64,000 nucleotides of DNA from positions 5,829-69,828 of the forward strand of contig JAAYXB010000075.1 of the NCBI GenBank assembly GCA_012516125.1. Reading direction: 5' to 3'. The notes under the pieces were generated by a model. That model saw only the letters and a program-made list of their open reading frames with translations. It did not search any database and was not told the origin of the DNA. Of the stretch, positions 59,451 through 64,000 are shown piece after piece (position 1 is the first letter of the stretch; each line of letters starts with the position of its first letter). The translations under genes and the position numbers were made by a program. Origin of the DNA: Bacillota bacterium (lineage in GTDB: Bacteria; Bacillota; SHA-98; UBA4971).

Positions 59451-60011
59451 TTACTGTGGCCGGCACGTGGCGCTCCGTTCTGTCGGGCCCTCGCCGCTCT
59501 CAAGGAGGAGCATGCCTCGCCTGGCAAGGCAGCCGAGGACGGCCCTCTCCAGTTTTCTAATGACGCGGGTCGTCACGAATTCCCTGCGAGATGTGGGGAT
59601 CACGAGGATGGTGTACATGCCTGCGAGGTTTCCGCCGAGGACGTCGGTGAAGATCTGGTCCCCTATCACAGCAGTCTCCCCGGGAGAGGTGCCAAGCAGC
59701 GCGAGTGCAGCGCGAAACGCGGACCGCATCGGCTTGAGCCCTCTCGCAGCCGGGATCCCGAGGGTGCCAGAGATGGCCTCTATGCGCCTCCTGAGGTTGT
59801 TGGAGAGCACGCAAAGCCGGATGCCTCGCGCCTTCGCGTCGTCGAAGAACGCCAGCACCTCGGCGGGGATGTCAGAGCTTCCCCAGTCGACGAACGTGTT
59901 ATCCATGTCGAGCACGATGCCCTTTATGCCGCGCGCGGTAAGCCGTGAGAGGTCGACCTGGCAGATGGACGGCACATAAAGGTCAGGGCACAACATGGAC
60001 AGCAAGCCCAT
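59451..60011 (-). CDS. YqeG-family HAD IIIA phosphatase
   Basis: LDMDNT, SNN, KP, IGDQIFTDVLGGN. Confidence 0.93.
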   Translation of the reverse strand: MGLLSMLCPDLYVPSICQVDLSRLTARGIKGIVLDMDNTFVDWGSSDIPAEVLAFFDDAKARGIRLCVLSNNLRRRIEAISGTLGIPAARGLKPMRSAFRAALALLGTSPGETAVIGDQIFTDVLGGNLAGMYTILVIPTSRREFVTTRVIRKLERAVLGCLARRGMLLLESGEGPTERSATCRPQ

Positions 60012-60244
60012 CCCTCCCGCCAGCAGAGGTGTCTACGCAGGTATTATACCATGTACACCGGATTTCAGCGAGGCCCGGTCCCCGAGCCTCCGGCTGCTCC
60101 GATCGTTCCAGCCGCTCCGGTCGTCGGGTGCCCCGACCTGCCTCGGTCGCGCGGCGCCCCGGCACGCCCCCATGCGTGATACCGGCATGCGCCCCGCGTG
60201 GGGACAGGCCGGGCCTTGCGAGGTCCAGATTCGTAGCTACCCTT

Positions 60245-60949
60245 TCAATTGTAGCCTTCGGCAATCATCTCCTTCTGCAGCTTCAGGAGCGCCCGCTTCT
60301 CGATGCGCGAGACATAAGAGCGCGAGATGCCGAGATGCTTGGAGATCTCGCGCTGGGTCCTGCGAAGCCCGTCGCCGAGCCCGTAGCGCATCTCGATGAC
60401 CTTCTTCTCCCGCCTCGTTAGTTCCTGGACCTTCTCCGCGAGCTTTCCCTCCTCCACAGCGCCCTCGACGACCAGGGTCACCTCGTCAGGCTCGCTGCCC
60501 AGCACGTCGATGAGGGTGATCTCGTTGCCCTCCTTGTCCGCGCCGATGGGGTCGTACAGGAGGACCTCGCCCTTGCTCTTCCGCGTCGCGCGAAGATGCA
60601 TCAGAATCTCGTTCTCGATGCACCGCGCAGCGTATGTGGCGAGCCTCGTCCGCTTCCTTTGGTTGAACGTGTCTATGGCCTTTATGAGGCCGATGGTGCC
60701 AATGGATATGAGGTCGTCCTGGTCCTCGCCGGTGCCCTCGAACTTCTTCACGATGTGCGCCACGAGCCTGAGGTTGCGCTCGATCAGGATGTTCCTGGCC
60801 TCCTCGTCGCCTTTCTCCTTCCGCGCGAGGATCTCGGCTTCCTCCTTCTCCGAAAGGGGAGGCGGGAACACATTGCCGCTGGATATGTAGGACGCAAGGA
60901 GCCACAACCCCCGCAGAACCAATGCCGAGCCTATCAGGAGATCGAGCAC
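60245..60949 (-). CDS. sigK: Pro-sigma-K, uninterrupted
   Basis: Hydrophobic pro-sequence then SYISSGNVFPPPL, NLRLVAHIVKKF, ATYAARCIENEILMHLR, GISRSYVSRIEKRAL. Confidence 0.95.
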   Translation of the reverse strand: MLDLLIGSALVLRGLWLLASYISSGNVFPPPLSEKEEAEILARKEKGDEEARNILIERNLRLVAHIVKKFEGTGEDQDDLISIGTIGLIKAIDTFNQRKRTRLATYAARCIENEILMHLRATRKSKGEVLLYDPIGADKEGNEITLIDVLGSEPDEVTLVVEGAVEEGKLAEKVQELTRREKKVIEMRYGLGDGLRRTQREISKHLGISRSYVSRIEKRALLKLQKEMIAEGYN

Positions 60950-60983
60950 GTGCCTGCCACCCCCTGCAAAAGATTCACTAGTA

Positions 60984-61009
60984 TAGATATGAGTTGAGCT
61001 TGCGAAAGT
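60984..61009 (-). promoter_or_regulatory. Candidate sigE/sigK-type promoter of sigK
   Basis: AC-N16-CATATCTA on the minus strand. Confidence 0.45.
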
Positions 61010-61251
61010 GCCTGTCCACCTTGGCGGTATTCTCAGGAATAGCAGGCCATACACGCGAGCTGGCCACCTTCCGGCAGCACGCGCGACCCAGGGTCCGGCA
61101 AGGCGCGGCGGGGCGGCGCAGCCGCGGGCCATGACTTATCCGAAGCATCGCCTCCCGAGGAGGATGTGCCCGGCCGGTCGCGAATTGATCACTGGCATCA
61201 GCCTGGCAAGGAAACTTCGCGCCTGGGCGGCGGCAGGGAGGTAAGACGTCA

Positions 61252-62199
61252 GTGGAGCCGATCCAACGCTACCGAGGTTGTCTCCTGGGCCTTGCAGTGG
61301 GGGATGCGCTGGGGGCGCCCCTGGAGTTCCATCCCCCCGGCTCATTCGAGCCGATCGAGGACATGGTCGAGGGCCGCCGTTTCGGGCTTGCGGCGGGCCA
61401 GTGGACGGACGACACCGCGATGGCGCTGTGTCTTGCCGACAGCCTTATCACCTGCGAGGGTTTCGATCCGATAGACCAGCTCGAAAGGTACCTGCGGTGG
61501 TATCATGACGGCTATCTGAGCTGCACCGGTCACTGCTACGGCATAGGCATGACCGTGCAGGCCTCGCTCGCGCGGTTCGAGCGCGTGCGCGAGCCGTACT
61601 GCGGCTCGCAAGACCCCTACACCGCCGGAAACGGCTCCATCATGCGCCTCGCGCCCGTCCCCATGTTCTATGCTCAGAACCCGCGCGAGGCAATCGAGAG
61701 ATCCGGCGAGAGTTCGCGGACGACCCACCAGGCCGCTACGACCATTGACGCGTGCCGGTACTTTGGGGGCCTCATTGCAGGTGCGCTGCGCGGCGAGACG
61801 AAGGAGAATCTTCTCTCCGACCACTATTCTCCCGTTCCGGGGATTTGGGATGAGAAACCCCTCGCGCCTGAGATCGACGAGATCGCTGGAGGGTCGTTCA
61901 AGCGCCGCAACCCGCCTGAGATACGGGGCTCGGGATACGTCGTGGAGTCGCTGGAGGCAGCGCTCTGGGCCTTCTACCGCAGTGACTCCTTTAGAGACGG
62001 CTGCCTCATGGCGGTCAACCTCGGTGACGACGCCGACACGACCGGCGCCGTATACGGACAACTTGCGGGAGCGTTCTACGGCGAGAGGGGCATCCCGGAG
62101 ACGTGGCTTGCTAAACTAGCGTGGCGAGACACCATCGCCGAAATGGCGGAACGCCTCTTCGCACTCTCCGGGGCGGTCGGAGAGCCGTGTCAGCCATAG
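61252..62199 (+). CDS. ADP-ribosylglycohydrolase (DraG/ARH family)
   Basis: [32 protein letters not shown]. Confidence 0.95.
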   Translation: MEPIQRYRGCLLGLAVGDALGAPLEFHPPGSFEPIEDMVEGRRFGLAAGQWTDDTAMALCLADSLITCEGFDPIDQLERYLRWYHDGYLSCTGHCYGIGMTVQASLARFERVREPYCGSQDPYTAGNGSIMRLAPVPMFYAQNPREAIERSGESSRTTHQAATTIDACRYFGGLIAGALRGETKENLLSDHYSPVPGIWDEKPLAPEIDEIAGGSFKRRNPPEIRGSGYVVESLEAALWAFYRSDSFRDGCLMAVNLGDDADTTGAVYGQLAGAFYGERGIPETWLAKLAWRDTIAEMAERLFALSGAVGEPCQP

Positions 62200-62218
62200 G
62201 ACTATAGCGGGCGTGTAG

Positions 62219-62330
62219 CCAAAGCTAAGCTCGGGATGTTGTAGCCTGGCTGTCGTCCGACGGCGAGGGCCCAGGAGAGGCGGGGATGTTCCCTCGGGAG
62301 AACCCCGAGCTTCAGCTTTGGGGAGGTTCA
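62219..62330. mobile_element. Non-autonomous IS200/IS605-end-like mini-element
   Basis: Inverted arms CCAAAGCTAAGCTCGGG / CCCGAGCTTCAGCTTTGG; right end ...CCCCGAGCTTCAGCTTTGGGGAGGTTCA resembles IS605-type subterminal hairpins. Confidence 0.55.
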
Positions 62331-62347
62331 GGAGAACAAAGAGCGTT

Positions 62348-62944
62348 CTAGCGGAATACTCCATCTACCTGCAACTCAAAGCCGACAAGCGTAGGGCTCA
62401 CAAGAGTCGTACCTGGTGGGTACACCTGCACCGTGGCAAGCTCCTTGCCGTTATGCGCAGCTACCTCGATGCTGCGGCCCGCAGGATCTACCACCCAGAA
62501 CTCGCGCACGCCGTAAACGCCGTAAAGCCGACGCTTCACCACCCGATCCCACTCTACTGTGGAAGGTGAGAGGATCTCGACCACAAGGTCGGGGGCGCCC
62601 TGGATGCAGGCCTCCTTGATTATCCCAAGGCGCTCATGAGATACGTAAAGAATGTCGGGCTGGACCACGTTGTGCTCGCTCAGCACCACGTCGATGGGGG
62701 CATAATACACCTTGCCGAGGTCGTGGTCGTCAACCCACAATCGCAATGCCTTCTGGATCCTGCCGGAGACTTCCTGGTGAAAGACTGTCGGAGACGGCGT
62801 CATCTTCCTCAGTTCCCCCTCGACGAGCTCGTATCGCTCTGAAGACGGTATCCGGCAGTAGTCGTCGTACGTAAGGCGCAGGTGGGACGGTATGTATCGG
62901 GGCGCTGTTTCCTTCAGCACATCCGGGTCTTTCAATGAAGTCAC
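62348..62944 (-). CDS. Uma2-family endonuclease-like protein
   Basis: YELVEGEL, HQ, VQPDI, PDLVVEILSPST, YGVREFWVVDP. Confidence 0.93.
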   Translation of the reverse strand: MTSLKDPDVLKETAPRYIPSHLRLTYDDYCRIPSSERYELVEGELRKMTPSPTVFHQEVSGRIQKALRLWVDDHDLGKVYYAPIDVVLSEHNVVQPDILYVSHERLGIIKEACIQGAPDLVVEILSPSTVEWDRVVKRRLYGVYGVREFWVVDPAGRSIEVAAHNGKELATVQVYPPGTTLVSPTLVGFELQVDGVFR

Positions 62945-63083
62945 CCCCTTGACTCGCCTCTACCCACCCCGAGCATCTTGCTGCATTCTCATTTTGCCAT
63001 GCCATGAATACCCAGTCAACACGAACTGACGTCTTGGAGTGCTTGCATAGCATGCAGGCATACAATACAATACCTAAAACGCC

Positions 63084-64000
63084 TCAGGGGTCTACCGCGC
63101 CAAGAGAGGCGCCTTTCCTGACGATGACTCGCGCTGCCATGCTGTTTCCCCACTCACCCCAGGCGCGGGGCGGCATGCCGTAGAGCAACGAAGCGAGAAA
63201 GCCGGCGTTGAAGGCGTCGCCCGCTCCCGTAGTGTCCACGGCTTCAACCCGGCGCGCGGGGCATTCAAGCCGCGCGGGCTGAAGGTCGGTCCGGCGGAGG
63301 CCACTTACGCTCGAAATGCGAGACGCGCCCGCTGCCGGCCCCAGCGCCACTATCGACCCGCGCTGCCCCAGTTTCAGCCCAAGACACGGCGTGCGTTGCA
63401 GGATGGACTCAATTCCGCATTCCATGTTTTCGCACCCTGAGAGAGTTCGCAGCTCGGAAGCGTTGGCGAGCACGACGTCGGCGACAGCAAGCATGCGCTC
63501 GACGATGCCACGTGCGAGCTGGCCTACGACCGGAGTAGGGTCGAACGCGACGATTCCGCCAGCCTTTCTCACCCTTTCGGCAGCATCCAGGTATAGCTCG
63601 GCCTGCTCAGCGTCTTGCAAACCGTACCCTGAGACCAGGATGAGCGGAGCGTGCTCCAGGGCCTCTTCGAGATCCGGCGTCATCTCCAGCGGGATAGATG
63701 CAGCGCCCCGGTACGAGAACATGGTCCGCTCCCCGCCGGAATCGACGAATGAGACCACATACCCCGTGGTGCCCCCCGACCGAACATGTGAAACACCCAC
63801 CCCCACGCTCTCAAGGTGGCGACGCAGGTAGCGCCCATCCTCGTCGTCGCCCACGGTGGTAACCAGGTGACAGGAGACCCCTAGAAGGGCCAGCCCTGTG
63901 CTGGTGTTAAGCCCCGCCCCTCCGGGATGTTTCCCGGACGAACGAATCACCGCGTCCCCGCCTACCGGCGGCATCAGCTCGATCTCACAGACATGATCGA
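63084..64000 (-). CDS. PfkB-family carbohydrate kinase (5' end outside the window)
   Basis: PGGAGLN, VGDDEDG, NASE, KLGQRG, DTTGAGDAFNAG; frame open to the window edge. Confidence 0.93.
   Translation of the reverse strand, partial: DHVCEIELMPPVGGDAVIRSSGKHPGGAGLNTSTGLALLGVSCHLVTTVGDDEDGRYLRRHLESVGVGVSHVRSGGTTGYVVSFVDSGGERTMFSYRGAASIPLEMTPDLEEALEHAPLILVSGYGLQDAEQAELYLDAAERVRKAGGIVAFDPTPVVGQLARGIVERMLAVADVVLANASELRTLSGCENMECGIESILQRTPCLGLKLGQRGSIVALGPAAGASRISSVSGLRRTDLQPARLECPARRVEAVDTTGAGDAFNAGFLASLLYGMPPRAWGEWGNSMAARVIVRKGASLGAVDP

Noticed and set aside
60070-60216. Long-range inverted repeat downstream of sigK (AGGCCCGGTC/GGCCGGGCCT)
   Set aside because: Very GC-rich, no promoter or strand-specific signature seen; plausible as chance or 3' UTR structure
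60245-60949. skin-like element interrupting sigK
   Set aside because: The frame is continuous from the pro-sequence to region 4 and there is no recombinase nearby
61252-62944. Toxin-antitoxin or defence system from ADP-ribosylglycohydrolase plus Uma2
   Set aside because: Genes are convergent, no ADP-ribosyltransferase partner is present, and both families are commonly stand-alone

Overview
High-GC chromosomal segment from an endospore-forming Bacillota genome, mostly housekeeping and sporulation genes on the minus strand (hup, rodZ, ftsK/spoIIIE, tepA-ylzJ, rnj, dapA-dapG-asd-dpaBA-dapB, polysaccharide deacetylases, sleB-like, dinG-like, nfo, steAB, spo0A, spoIVB, rsmB, fmt-def-priA, uninterrupted sigK). 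The left end carries a PucR-type regulator divergent from a GNAT / Cys-less thiolase / DUF35 operon, followed by a Na+-type F-ATP synthase operon (atpEFHAGDC) that lacks atpB. The most notable observation is an apparently non-coding, about 415-nt element at 16927-17341 on the + strand. It folds by hand into a closed multi-domain RNA with GNRA tetraloops, G-U-rich helices and a three-way junction with three near-identical linkers, has a candidate sigF/sigG promoter and terminator, and I cannot match it to a known RNA family. Also seen: a dispersed palindromic MITE/REP-like repeat family (three copies in or just before the atp operon), an adenylate-kinase-like/NDT-like fusion in a five-gene operon ending in a diguanylate cyclase, an in-frame Spo0E/YflT fusion, two probable CTG start codons and an IS200/IS605-end-like mini-element. 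No tRNA, rRNA or CRISPR array was seen. All calls come from reading motifs by eye; no searches or folding programs were run.
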